64,000 nt of DNA from Podarcis muralis (lineage: Eukaryota): assembly GCF_964188315.1 (NCBI RefSeq), contig NC_135665.1:49352001-49416000 (forward strand). The letters are read 5' to 3'. Numbering within the stretch: the first letter of the stretch is position 1; each line of letters begins with the position of its first letter. The translations under genes and the position numbers were made by a program. This document shows positions 35,992 to 49,236 of the stretch, piece by piece. The notes under the pieces are model-generated. The model was not told where the DNA came from, made no database searches, and saw only the letters and a program-made list of their open reading frames with translations.

Positions 35992-36233
35992 CAGTGGTAC
36001 CTCGTGTTACGTACTTAATCCGTTCCGGAGGTCCATTCGTAACAGGAAACCGCTTGTAACATGAGGCGTGCTTTCTCTAATGGCGCCTCCCACTGCTGTC
36101 GTGCCGCCGGAGCGCAACTTCCACTCACATCCCGGGGCAAAGGTCACAACAAGGGGCACTTACTTCCAGGTTAGCGGAGTACATAACCTGCAGCATTTGT
36201 AAGGGGGACGGTACGTAACACGAGGTACCACTA
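35992..36233 (+). mobile_element. MITE family A, copy 4
   Basis: TA|CAGTGGTACCTCGTGTTACG ... CGTAACACGAGGTACCACTA|TA. Confidence 0.9.
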
Positions 36234-36272
36234 TATTGTTGAAAGAGCCAACCAGGCGTGGATGAATGAATA

Positions 36273-36298
36273 CACACACACACACACACACACACACA
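36273..36298. repeat. (CA)13 microsatellite
   Basis: Read directly. Confidence 0.97.
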
Positions 36299-37029
36299 AA
36301 TATTTTAGGGGTAAGAACTAGCCTGCCATTTTTTAAAATAATGGTATTAAAGGCATGCCTTTGGTCTAATACAGTGCAACAAAAGGGTGATATAAATTTA
36401 AACTAATATTCAAGCCTTTGAAGAAAAAAGATTGTCTGCCACCTACAAGCAAAGTAGTGGTTATCCATTCCCATTAAGCTTCTTCTAATGCCAACTGTAA
36501 AATATGATCAACATATATGGCTCCTATCATGCAAGATCTGCAAATATGTTAGGACAAATGCGAACCATTGATTAGCTTGTGATTATTTAGGCTTTGTTTC
36601 TTCATCTAGTGTCCACCTATTCTTGGATGTCAAATAGCAGGACTTTTAATGCTGGAACTTGGTATCAAATCACAACTATTCCATTTTTCAACCACTTCTC
36701 AGGAAGTATCAGTTAAACAAACTAAGGCAAAGAAAATACTTTTTAAAAGCATGGAATAAACATGCACCATTTAATAATGGGAATCGAAGGGAATGGTAGG
36801 CGTCACAAAGGGTGCAGATAATGGAGATAATGCAGATAATGCAGATAATGGAGACAACTTGCATCTGGTGCTTGTATCTGCCTCTCCACAACCCCATGAC
36901 ACGGTTGGGTGCTCATCCACTGTGCTCAATAGCTAAGTGGTGCTGTTGCTAAATTCTAGGTTAATGAATAATAAGACCATGCTCACACATGATCTAATTG
37001 TTGATAAAGGTGCTGACCAGGTTGTGCAT

Positions 37030-37650
37030 TACCAAGAAAAAAGAATATAAGAAGAGCCTGCTGGATCAGTTAAATGACCTATCTAGTCCAGCATTCTGTT
37101 CTCAGTGGCCAATCAGATGGGAAACAAACAAGCAGGACCCAAGCACAAGAGCACCATTCCCTCCTGTGGTTTCCAAAAACTAGTATTCATAACCATTACT
37201 GATGGCACTAGCCATCATAGCTAGCAGCCATTGAAAGCTCTACTGACTCCCTCTCCTGAACTTGTCAAATCCTCTTTTAAAGCCACCCAAGATGATACCC
37301 ATCACTGCCTCCTGTGGGAGTTAATTCCTTAGTTTAATGGTGCAATATGTAAAGAAGTACTCTTTTTACGTTTCCTGAATCTTCCACCATTCAGCTTCTT
37401 TGTATGTCTACAAGTTCTAGTGTTATGAGAGAGGGAGAAAAACTTTCCTCTATCCAATTTCTCCATGCCATGCATAATTTTATAAACTTCTATCATGTAA
37501 CCACTTAGTCGCGTTTTCTGCAAACTATGAAGTCCCAAAACTTGCAACCTTTCCTTATAGAGGATTTGCTCTATTCCCTTGATCATTTTGGTTGCCCTTT
37601 TCTGAATATTTTCCAACTCCACAAAATCCTTTTCGCAATAAGGTGTGAGC
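37030..37650 (-). mobile_element. 5'-truncated CR1 LINE (ORF2 C-terminus plus 3' UTR)
   Basis: ORF 37329..37751 reads IQKRATKMIKG...YKERLQVLGLHSL...MIEVYKIMHG, typical of the CR1 ORF2 end. Confidence 0.88.
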
Positions 37651-37699
37651 AGGAAAGAAGGGTGAGCCATATCTTTCCCAGTTCTGTCCCATTGTGTAC

Positions 37700-39740
37700 T
37701 CAGTGCAGCACCAACCCAGGCTAGAGAGATGGGATTACTGTGGTTCACCAAAGTTCATTCTCCCCCATCAGGAAATCTCTATACCCCAGGGCTGGACCAG
37801 ACGGTCTGCATCTGACTCTGGGTCTTAGGGACACATTAGGCATGTTGTTGTTGTACCACCCACCAAGCTGCACTGACTGAGCAAGTCTTGAGCGTGGTGT
37901 TGTAGGAATCCCAGACAATAATTCTGGGTGATTTCAGCAACCATGTCAAGCCTGCATCTGGAGCAGCTCACAATTTCAAGGCCTCCATGACAGCTGTCTC
38001 AGATACCCTTTACTTTGTCTTTGCTCCAAGTGGGGAGAGGGGTAGTCTAGAGTGGGTGTCTCTGTGACTCTGTTGTCATGGTCAGACCACTTCCTAGTGA
38101 AGATTAGACTTCCTAGTGAAGCTAGCAGTATCCCCACTGCAAGGGTGGGGGAGCGATTAAGATAGTCTGCCCTTTGAGACTTAGGGATCCTGATGGAAAC
38201 TGTTTTGGTCATCCTGTATTTTGACTTCTGTTGGAAGAAAGGAGTGTGTGTGCCCACTCTCAGCTTTCAATACCACTGACCACGTTATCTTTCTGGAATG
38301 GCTGTCTGAGTTGGGGGGTAGGTGGCATCACTGTGTTGTAGTTCCAATACTACTTGGATGATTGTTTCCAGAAGATGGTGCTTGGGGAGTGTCATCCGGT
38401 CCCATGGAGTCTTCAATATGGGATTCCACAGAATTCAGATTAATCCCCCATGTTGTTCGACATCTGCAGGAAATCACTGAGTGGGGTCATCTCAAGTCTT
38501 GAGTACATTATCAGCAATATGCTATTGATGCACAGCTCATCCTCTTTATATCTTCAGCTGCAGCAGTGGATATGTTGGACCAATGTCTTGCCTCATTACT
38601 AGACTGGATGAGAGCCAATGAACTGAAACTCAATCCGGAGAAGATTGAGGCACCATTAGTGAATGGCTCCCTAGACTGGTGAATGGGAGGTAACCTGCTC
38701 TGGATAAGGTTACATTCCCTCTGAAGGAGCAGGTACATAGCTTGGTGGTACTTCTAGATCCATTACTGTCACTTGAGGCTCAAGTGGTCTTGGTCATGCT
38801 GCTTCCATCAGTTTCAACAGGAGGTCCAGTTACTCCCCTATCTGGACATGGATAGTCCAACAGCGGGTAGCACTGTGGTCTGAACCACTGAGCTTCTTGG
38901 GCTTGCCGATCGGTTGGTCGGTGGTTCAAATCCGTACAATGGGGTGAGATCCAATTGCTCTGTCCCTGCATCTGCCAACATAGCAGTTCGAAAGCACACC
39001 AGTGCAAGTAGACAAATGCCGGCTACCTTGGCTGAAAAGAAATGAGCGCTGCACCCCATAGACACCTTTGACTGGACTTCACCATCCAGGGGTCCTTTAC
39101 CTTTTACCTTTAGTCCAACTACTGTTATATATGCTCTGATGACCTATACATTAGATTACTACCATGCATTATATGTGGGGCTGCCTTTGAATGCAGTTTG
39201 GAAACTGCAGCTGGTGCACAATTTAGCAACCAATTTGCTCACAAGTGCACGACAATCTGAGCCCATAAAACCAATCCTGACCCAACTTTACTTGCTCCCA
39301 ATTAGTTTCCAGACCCAATTCGAAGTGCTGGTTTTGGCCTATAAAGCTTTATGTGACTAAGGACCACCTTTCCCCATATGTACTGACATGGAACCTGTAA
39401 TCATAATATGAGGCCCTTCTTCAGGTACCCACCCATCCACCCTGATCCATGGGAGGTCCAGAGAGTGGAATCATGAGAATGGGCCGTCTCAGTAGCAGTT
39501 CCTCACTTGTGGAATGCTCTCCCCAGAGAAACTCAGTTGGTGCTGTCATCACATATCTTTAGGCGCCAGCCAAAAAAAAAAGAGGCATTTGGCTTTTAAT
39601 TATCTATGGCTTCCTTGAATGGGTGGGATGTTTTTTCCCAGCTTTTGAAAAACTGACTTTCATATTTTTGGGGTTTTTTATTCCAGTTTTAATGTATGCA
39701 TTTGTTTATATATGGTAAGTCGCTTTGAGTTAACTTGGTA
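37700..39740 (+). mobile_element. Degraded, internally deleted L2-clade LINE
   Basis: Remnants of endonuclease (ILGDF, SDHF), RT (QQYAxD, WMRANELKLNPEK) and LDYYHALYVGLPL...KLQLV motifs. Confidence 0.8.
38862..39110 (+). mobile_element. Sauria SINE with internal deletion, nested in the L2
   Basis: Head with GGTTCAAATCC; ACCTTT tail; 9-bp TSD TAGTCCAAC at 38853-38861 and 39111-39119. Confidence 0.88.
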
Positions 39741-40996
39741 AAAATTGTGTCAACGGCCCTTTGCATCTCATCATTCCACAAGGTATGGAGGGCCTCAACA
39801 GATTTGGCCTTCACTAGGAGTCAAAGGCTTTAGTGTGGGAGGCCCTGTCCTGTAAAACTGCACACCTGTAGCAGTTCAAGGAGAACCATTCCCGCCTGCT
39901 TTCAGAAGTATTCTGAAAACAGTACTGTTTAGGCAGGCTGATTTTTTCTTTTTAATCAACCAGTATCTGTTGATATTTTAAATTATGCTTTATGTCTGTT
40001 TTTAAGATCGATTTCATCATATTTTGTGTGTTGTAATCTACCCTGCTATATTTTATGAAAGTGCAGATTATAAATAAAAACATAAACATTATAAACACAG
40101 AATAATTTCTTTTTTAGATACTATCTAAATCTGACTGGTATTATTCTAAAGACTGCCTTCTTTGTCCAGTAATAATATCTACGGTCAGCTCAATCTGCCC
40201 CTTACTAGCACTCTTAATGTACATCTTGTCACTAAACAGTTTGAAAATAAATAGGATGAAGAACAAAACGTGCTCTTGGTGTTGGATTCTCATGTTATGG
40301 AACACCCTTCTCCTTGCCTAGATTGGACGGGTGACCTTTTTATTTAGTGATGCATTTAGCTGCCAAGGATAAAGGGAGCTTTATCTATCATCGCAAAAAT
40401 TAATTAACACTGGTAGAAGGGCAGCAATACTATGGGGGGGGGTTATAGCACTATACATCAACAATAGAGATAAAGGTTTTTTTTAAGACAGGCAGTGCTG
40501 GAGTTCTGTAACTTCAGAAAATATTAGAAAGCAGTCTGCCACACATTCAAACACATTAATGTACATAGAAGACATATCTTTATGATGTAAAGGAAAGAAA
40601 GAGGAGTTGCATTTAACAAAAGATGTAACCAAATATTATAAATTCTTCAGGTTGTACAGCAACTAACTATATATCTGAGCTCAGCTAAACTATTAAGCCA
40701 ACAAGTGGTCTAAACATGTTTCTTTCCCAACAATGTGACTAAAAAATTAATGGTATCATGAAGAAGAAAGTACATAATGAACATGTACTGACAAAAGGTA
40801 CATGTTCTTAGTTTTTTGAAACTTCTAATTGGAATTGTTTTTTCAACTTTTTGGATTTTCAGTTTCATCAGGAATTAGTGTTGACCAAGCTTGAATAACA
40901 ATTTTTGAGGGCAGGAAGTAAGGTAAAGAATCCTGATATTTATTTCTTCAGTGTCCAACTCTGTGAGGCAGTCCTGCAAAACCTGTGACCCACTAA

Positions 40997-41130
40997 AGCC
41001 AGACTTGCCCAACCTGGTGCCCTGCAGATGTTATAGACTAAAACTCCCATCAACTCCAACCACTGACCATGATGATTAGAGCTGATGGGAGCTGTAGTAA
41101 AAGGCATATTGGAAAAGGCTTCATTTAAGT
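40997..41130. mobile_element. Degraded palindromic hAT MITE, related to 19255-19390
   Basis: CAGATGTT...ACTCCCATCA ... TGATGGGAGCTGTAGT arms. Confidence 0.6.
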
Positions 41131-41645
41131 TATAGGCATCTGACCAGGTGGCCCTCCAAGCCCTTCCCATTACTGTAAAATAAAAAGAAAAGAGGAAGAG
41201 AGGGAGGGAGGGAGGGAAAACAGATGGCTTTGCAAGCTGCATTCTGCTTGATAGGCCAAAACTCTAAGCAGTATGAGGGTTATGAAAGGTATAAACAGTT
41301 ATGAATCTGAAACCTGGAGGTTTTTTTATGTAGAAGGTAATCAGGAATTTCCAGAATAAATGTGCCATATTATTTATATTTTCTTAGAAATAAACTATAA
41401 ACTATGATACACTGAAACAGCCTCTCTCTAGAAACACACTTTAGCCCTCCACGTGGGCAATGTGTTGAAAGACTGTCAATTTTCAAAGTGTATCAAAAGT
41501 TATTGTTGAGTTATCCTTTCATCTAACATAGTCATGTTCTTGTTAGAAATCCACAAGTTTTCTGTCCTGAACTTTCTTTATCCTGAACTTTTGTCACAGA
41601 TCTAGGTTTCTTATCTACAACAGTATCAAAGAACCATACAGTTAC

Positions 41646-41739
41646 CTTTAGGGGTTCCATCACTTCCAGCAGGAGAACATACGGACTGTGGTGATCTCAA
41701 GGAAAACGATGCAGTGTTCCTTACTGAAGAATCACCCTC
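41646..41739 (-). CDS. NIPBL: NIPBL exon 8 (94 nt), EGDSSVRNTASFSLRSPQSVCSPAGSDGTPK(G)
   Basis: Acceptor CCCTAG|GAG; donor AAG|GTAACT; manual translation. Confidence 0.94.
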
Positions 41740-41886
41740 CTAGGGATCATATTAGTGGATTATTAGAAAGGAGCAATTTTTTCAATGACTTCCAGTTTTT
41801 GCTTTTTATGAAGTTGCCACAAGAATAATTACCAGTGCAATTTCTCTATCATGCCACATATTAGCAACAACAAGGACTTCATTTAA

Positions 41887-42128
41887 CAGTGGTACCTCTG
41901 GTTACGAACTTAATTCGTTCCGGAGGTCTGTTCTTAACCTGAAACCGTTCTTAACCTGAGGTACCACTTTAGCTAATGGGGCCTCCCACTGCTGCCATGC
42001 CACTGGCATGCGATTTCTGTTCTCATCCTGAAGTAAAGTTCTTAACCCAAGGTATTACTTCCGGGTTAGCGGAGTCTGTAACCTAAAGTGTTTGTAACCC
42101 AAGGTGTTTGTAACCCAAGGTACCACTG
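41887..42128 (+). mobile_element. MITE family A, copy 5
   Basis: CAGTGGTACCTC ... AAGGTACCACTG|TA; 242 bp. Confidence 0.92.
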
Positions 42129-42813
42129 TATATGAAAATAAAAGCATTCATCATATAGTAGTACAATCGAGCTATTAAAGTTAAGAATTATGAACAAAGC
42201 ATTACTAAATTTTGTGGTTCAAATCATAGGCTAAAGAGAAAAACATTTCTTAGCAAACTTAATCTCAATTGAGAAGAAAACACTCCTCCATCTCTTTCTC
42301 CAGCTTTTTTTAAGAGCTTGGAGGAAGTAGGGGAGGAAAACTAGTACTACAAGAGGACGAGGAGGGATACTCTATTTCTCTCACATCCAGGGTAATGAAA
42401 CAGCTCTGACTCACCATCAACAGTTTAGGGCTACAGTGATGCATTCTCAAAGTAAATGCAATGTGGAGCTATTTCCCTGAGAACCTGAAAACAGTTTCAC
42501 ATTGCATCATGCCCTCCCTGCACCCAAAAAAGCTTTCAAAATATGTGAAACATACCAGGAAGTGTGAGGAACTAAGAATTCAACAAGTTATCACACAAGC
42601 TTAAGTATTCCTTTAAAAACCATCGATCAGCAATACTAATCTCATTTTGTAGGTTACTTGACCAAAAGTAATACAGGAATGTTTTACCATAAAATATTTG
42701 TCATTCAAGTACAGTATTAAACAAAAACACCCAAAGGCAATGTTTCTACTGCTCTCTATCATTTTCAGTGAACTAATTTATAAAATCAGACTGGAGACAA
42801 AGTCTGAAGTTGT

Positions 42814-42965
42814 NNNNNNNNNNNNNNNNNNNNNNNNNNNNNNNNNNNNNNNNNNNNNNNNNNNNNNNNNNNNNNNNNNNNNNNNNNNNNNNNNNNNNNN
42901 NNNNNNNNNNNNNNNNNNNNNNNNNNNNNNNNNNNNNNNNNNNNNNNNNNNNNNNNNNNNNNNNN
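42814..42965. other. Assembly gap (152 N) in intron 7
   Basis: Run of N. Confidence 1.
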
Positions 42966-43000
42966 AGGTTTATAAAACATTAAAATGATTTGTTACATAC

Positions 43001-43152
43001 TTCACTGCTTATTCTGTGCACCATTTGCAGGTAGTCTTCACTTGAGCCATGTCTAGAATTATCAGCATGGTGATTAGCTGAATTGCCTGACAACTGACTT
43101 GTAACTTTATTTTCATGTATATTCCTCATCCCAATGGGACTGGATACTGAAG
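43001..43152 (-). CDS. NIPBL: NIPBL exon 7 (152 nt), (A)SVSSPIGMRNIHENKV...YLQMVHRISSE
   Basis: Within ORF 42980..43183; acceptor TTATTTCAG; donor GAA|GTATGT. Confidence 0.97.
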
Positions 43153-44419
43153 CTGAAATAAGAGAAGATAAGAGTGAATGCATACGTTTAAATATTTTCT
43201 AGCATAATTTTTCAATAACCGATTTTATATTTATATTTAATCAGTGTGGTTTCTATGTTTTCTTTAACTAAAAACATATTTCAGAGATCAGATTTTGAGA
43301 ACTAGTACTCCACATATTCTAAGATTGACTAGATGAACATGGTTCCTAAACTAAATTTTGCCTAAGCTCTACACAGACTTTGACTCCAATGCACCTGTGA
43401 CACATGGGAGAGTTGTGGCTTTTTTTCTGTATGTCAATTCCATCTGCTTAATGGTTACTAAGGTGTTCTGCCTTGCAGTCATCCTCGGCATCCTCTTGAT
43501 GTCAAGAAACTCAAGAGTGTATGACAATACAATATATTGTATTTCACTGCTTCAAAAACTTTGAAAAAGAACCCCAACCCTTAACTCTTGAGTCACAGTG
43601 AATCCCAGGAAGTCCATTCCTACGCTATTTCCCTGCTTTGGAGAGGTAATTATTAGCATTTCTACCTTTCCCTTTTGCTGTCTTCTCTGTTTCCCTGACC
43701 TTGCCATTCATTCTACCCTTCTTTGACCCAAAGCAACTCTATTTTGAGTTTCTCCACTGCACTTAGGCCTCCACTGCATTCTGGATCACAAGCACTGCTC
43801 CCCACTCATTAAATGGAAAATGTGAGCTTTTCCCCACTTCCATCCCTTACCCTCTCATACACATATAACTGTTTAAGCCACTTTCCTATTTTTGTAGCAA
43901 ACACATTTTCTATCTTCACCCAAACTGGAACTCTGTTCTTTGTTATTTCACCATATAACTGAAGTGCATGACAACATTCCATGCACATTTAAAATCTTGC
44001 ATCCATTGCTGACATGTACACTTTAATGTTTGTGTGCAACATATGATCAGGGACAGCATATAAAGTACAAATTTGTATTGGAATTGTTTTGAATATTATT
44101 TTTTTTAAAAATCACCTGTTTGCAGCCTATACTTTCGTTGCACCAGCTTTTGTTTTACTATGTTTTTATATGTGTCAGAAGCCCCCCAGAAACACAGGGT
44201 ATAATAATAATTATATAATAATATAATTAATATAATAATATAAAGTTACAGAATTGTAATTAAAATTGTTGTTGTTTTACTTACAATTCTGTTAATAGTA
44301 ACACTGTTAAAATAAAGGTCTGACATAACTAATTTGTGTCTTCAAGCTTTAAGCTTTGGCTCATAGTTATAAAATTAATTATTCTGAAGATTAAAGTTTT
44401 CCATTTACTGTAGTTTATA

Positions 44420-44661
44420 CAGTGGTACCTCAGGTTAAGTACTTAATTCGTTCCGGAGCTCTGTTCTTAATCTGAAACTGTTCTTAACCTGAAGCACCAC
44501 TTTAGCTAATGGGGCCTCCTGCTGCTGCCATGCCGCCGGAGCACGATTTCTGTTCTCATCCTGAAGCAAAGTTCTTAACCCGAGGTACTATTTCTGGGTT
44601 AGTGGAGTCTGTAACCTGAAGCGTATGTAACCTGAAGCGTATGTAACCCGAGGTACCACTG
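44420..44661 (+). mobile_element. MITE family A, copy 6
   Basis: TA|CAGTGGTACCTC ... GAGGTACCACTG|TA; 242 bp. Confidence 0.93.
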
Positions 44662-45063
44662 TAACTGCAAGTTGTGTTATCAAATAGGTGGAAATAAAGA
44701 TTTAGAGAAAAATTAACTAACTATAACTCTCTATTTTAAAGAGAATAATTTGTGTACGCGTAATACATTCTATGAAATAAAAATGGGAGCAATTATTCCA
44801 TCTTATTGTCTGTGTTGGTAATTTGTTTTAGAGTACAACCTAAAAAGAGTTTTAATGCTCAAGATTAATTCTTAGAAGCAGAATCAGTCACCAGCAGCAC
44901 ATTTGAATATTTTCTTCATTATCCATATGCTCACCAGTTGTAAGGTATGAATTTCTGATATATGGAGAAGTACTTAGATTGAATAGTGTATCAGAATGTG
45001 ATACAGCAACAAAAACCAACTCTGTACATATATATATTCCAAAGACATAGAGAAAATAAATAC

Positions 45064-45215
45064 CTTGCTGTATCTGCGGGTGAGGCGTGTAACTTGGTGG
45101 GTGTGAATATGGCAAATATCCTGCAGGGCTTTGAGGAGCATATGGACTAGGCACAGGGCTGTTTTGTGGTGCCATAAATCTATTACCAGAGCTTGTTTGT
45201 GGTGGCACAAATCGA
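45064..45215 (-). CDS. NIPBL: NIPBL exon 6 (152 nt), (S)RFVPPQTSSGNRF...YTPHPQIQQ(A)
   Basis: Within ORF 44888..45241; acceptor TTTGCAG; donor AAG|GTATTT. Confidence 0.98.
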
Positions 45216-46605
45216 CTGCAAATAAAATCCAAACAAAGCATATATGAACATCAATCTAAACATGATTTTCCTTAAATAATTTCACAGATGCTATACAATA
45301 CAATAAACAGATAATACAATTACTAGTAATTAATGGATTGTATCCACAGGTGCTCTTCCATGAGCAGAAAGCTTCTTCAACTCATGGAAGGGCCATATAG
45401 ATCTCCCAGAGGAGGAAATTCTTAAGGAAAGACCAGTATTATCCCAGGGAGGAATGGTCCACGGTCTCCTCCCCTGACATGGTCTGGAGAGCTCTTCCAC
45501 CCCACACCCCAAGAGTCAATGGGGGAGGGGAGGAGTCCTGATGCACTAGTGAAAGTCCTTGTGGAGCTTCTACTGGCAGACTGGTTTGTCAAATATGCCT
45601 CCAATAATTTAGATAGAGCAAGGGGATCAGACTGTGAGAATCTAAAATTGATTTGTTTAAAGATCATTATATATTATTCATTAAGATCTGTAATGAACCC
45701 TGTATAAAATTTTAGAAAAACAAGTCTGACTAATGAATTTATAAAGATTAAGAAATTTCCTCCTTTTATTTGCACAAGCAAATGAAAATTGGAAAAAGAA
45801 GTGCAAGCACTATAAAATCGTGAGCACCGCTGTTGAGTAAAAGCTGCTTACAGAAAATCTCAAAACCCATGTCATAAACTGTGCTTAACTACTTTCCTTG
45901 TCCATGTATATCCTAGCAACCTTTTCTAACTGATTATACTATGTGTTTCCTAATAACTTCTCAAATTATAACTGAAGGCACTAAAAAGTTTTCCTGGCAT
46001 TTTAAGTGCATTGTTTGCATAAAACCAAGACCTTAGTAAGTCAACACACCTTGCATTAAATATCAAATAATTCCTTTTATTGCCAAATATTTGGAGAACA
46101 GTCCTTGTGTATTTCATAAGTTCATTTTAATTTTTGCTGTCCAAATTACTATTTCACAGACATTTCTTAACAGAGAATCAATTGCAATTTCGTAGATTCT
46201 ATCAGAATTTCTCTGTATGTACATCCCTGCAATAATCTTGTGAACTGCTGCTTAAACCCTCATATTGCATCAATTGTTAAGGGAAAGGTTGACATGAGAA
46301 CTGCCAATAAGGCCGGTTGCTGGGGGGGAGGATTACTTCAGGTGTAACTGAGACAGTTCTGAGAGGTTGGGGAGTCAGTGTTGAAAATCTGAATTCTGGA
46401 TGCACACTCTACTGAATCCTACCCCTACAGCCTTGCATCATACTGTATGCCATCTTTTTATGGTTCATCTAGTTATGCGTTTTGTCTGGGGTTCAAAGTG
46501 CCTCACTTCAGTATTTAGAAAAACAGTAGTCCTTACTCAAAATATTAAATAGGTTTTATATACAGGCTTAAAAAATTATAATCCTATGTTACAAACTTCA
46601 TTTAC

Positions 46606-46705
46606 CTGGAAGGGCTATGAGAGATAGTGGTTTGCTGATAATTGGAAGATGCAGGACTACCATGCATGGAATTCTGAGACAGTTTGTACTGCGGCATCAT
46701 CATTC
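46606..46705 (-). CDS. NIPBL: NIPBL exon 5 (100 nt), (G)MMMPQYKLSQNSMHGSPASSNYQQTTISHSPS(S)
   Basis: Acceptor TTTTAAG; donor AG|GTAAAT; manual translation. Confidence 0.97.
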
Positions 46706-46890
46706 CTTAAAACAAAAACAAAAAAAGCTTTAGAAGTCACATCAAAGTATCTACTTGTATATTTAATCCAATGCTTTGTTTTCCAGTTGTCATAACTAAT
46801 ACAAAATATCTTCAACTATAGCTATTATCTAGATAAAGTATTACAAGCATCAAACACATTTGTGCATATGAAAATGGTATCTGAGCAACA

Positions 46891-46944
<54 letters not shown>
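46891..46944. repeat. Compound (TC)12(AC)15 microsatellite
   Basis: Read directly. Confidence 0.98.
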
Positions 46945-46947
<3 letters not shown>

Positions 46948-47702
46948 GCCAGCATCTCAAAATCCATTCTCAGTGGCATACATAGCTCTACAGCTTTCTG
47001 CAATTTTTCAGAGCAGTTACAGGTGCTTATCTTAATGTAGCACACATGAAATACTGGATTACTGCTGAAGGTATAGAAGAAAAAGTAATATACTATACCA
47101 CCCCTTTATTCTACAGGTCAGAAAAGAATAGTTCAATTCAGACAATACACAAAATCATAATGTGCATAGTTTCAAATCCACTCCATAATTTGAACTTACT
47201 AATGTATGGGCAAGTTTAGAGCTGCCAATTTGCTTCATCTTTTCATTTCCTCAGTACTTCCAAAGGAAATGGAGCAATGGCCAAAGCAAAAGTTTGCCAG
47301 ATACTATGCTAATAATAATCACATTATTATTATTGTTGTTGTTGTTATTATTATTATTATTATTAGCACCCTGACCATCTGACTGGGTTGCTACCTTGAA
47401 ACACTTGGCTCGGGATAAACCTCAAGTGGCTGTACTACTTAACATTTACTTAGATCCAGTGGTATGCTAGGCACTGCAGAAGAACATAAAAAAGTAACTC
47501 CCCTAGGAACAGATGCACTTGTTTGAAAGTGAATGCTCTTGTGTCTAATTCATCTGAATCACAGCACATTTTCATATAATAACAGAAAACCAACTATAAG
47601 AATCTGAATTGTATCCACAATCAGTTTAGGGTATCACAATGAAAAGTAACACAGCTGCATCTTATCTTGCTTAGAAATAATAAAATGAATAAAAACTCTC
47701 AC

Positions 47703-47833
47703 CACTTTGTACCCCGTATCTGTTTTGCATGCTTTTCTCCCTGAAAACATTAGGATTCCTTGCCAGGACAGCCTGCAGCAAGACTGGTATATCTCCTTCT
47801 GGATCATCGCTGCCAAGGTTATCTTTCAGTTCT
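47703..47833 (-). CDS. NIPBL: NIPBL exon 4 (131 nt), (I)ELKDNLGSDDPEGDIPVLLQAVLARNPNVFREKSMQNRYGVQS(G)
   Basis: Within ORF 47671..47967; donor G|GTGAGA. Confidence 0.98.
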
Positions 47834-48259
47834 CTGGCATTGGAGATAAACAAACAGGGACTGATGAGATTTTTTTCAAAAATACAGGAAGTTACTAAAC
47901 TGACAATTTGTACAAGATCATTAACACATATCCTTTTTTCTTTCCAATGGGAACTGTTGCAACTCATGTTTCTATGTCAGAGTACATGGGCAGCACTCTG
48001 GACAGTTACAACCAGAATCACTGAGTTCATTGTATTGAGTTACTTGTACACCACTAAGAGACAATTGTAATTAAGCAGTATGTAAATTGTCAAAAATAAA
48101 TAATCCTTTGCTCATCGTGGTTAATGTGATGTATCAATGAATAATACTGCAATCCTGAAGAGTCACTCTCAATCTTTGTGTAAGCTATCCTGTAAATTAT
48201 GGATGGAATATACTCAAATTTCTCTACACAACCAGTTTTGTGTAGCTATCTATTATCTT

Positions 48260-48480
48260 GTTTTGTCTGACCAATTCCTCTGTCCAATTTATTCTGAAGC
48301 TAAATTTTAAACTTTATATTGTTCTTTTGGGCTCGATACTGGCAACTGTGTTTCTGATTAGAAAGACACTTCGCCTGTCTCAATTTTGCCTGTCAATAAT
48401 TGGCGTCAGAGCAACCATCTTGGCTGTCTTTAGAACTGAGCACCAGATCTTATCTATTTTATTTGAGAAGCTATGAAAAA
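48260..48480 (-). mobile_element. Possible degraded L1-type ORF1 fragment
   Basis: Purine-rich minus strand with RAQKNNIKF, resembling the RSRRNNI motif; several stops. Confidence 0.3.
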
Positions 48481-49236
48481 TGCCTACAGGACTTTTGATC
48501 AAGTTGTTATGATTAGGCCCAGCTCAGTGTCATGGGAACACACTGTGCCAGCAAGCTTTAAAAAAATATGGATTATACATCTCTAAATTAAATACAGCTT
48601 TCACATGCCAAAAGCAGGTCAACGGACGGGATACTTAAGCTCACCTACACTACTGTTCTATCTACTGCCCATAAGATTACTTTGCTTAAACACTTAATAT
48701 ATTGTCTTCACTCTATTTTCATCAGGTCAATAAGCCACACATTCATTAGGAGTTCATGTTAGGGCCACTTTTCCCCAGACCAGAACTCTTTCCTAAGTAG
48801 AATTTTTTCTCTATGAAATCTTAAGAATTGTTCAGAACTAATACGTACATTTTTATCCAGCCCTCTCCCGCATCTCTCCAAATAAATTATAATTGGGTGT
48901 AGACCCTGGTGAGATGTTCATCTTGTCAGTACAAGGCCACTGATTAAGTTCCCTGTTCTCTAAAATAATTCTTAAGTTTAAAATCCATTCAAACCACCTT
49001 CTTTGAAATTAGTTTCTCTACAGCACCAAATCTGAAGTTTATTGCTGGCATCTAATCCAGCGCAATAATAGATAAGTGGCCATCTGTTGCTGAAAAATAT
49101 ACAGCCATGTTCAATAACTACAGAATCTTGCATTTTATTAGGACAGAACAACACAGTAATATCTATAACCTGCCTCTACTATAGTTTATACTGAAACTTT
49201 TTGACATTAATTTGTGAAATGACTTTTAATACGTAC

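Noticed and set aside
42698-42988. ORFs spanning the N run
   Set aside because: Artefacts of translating through the gap.
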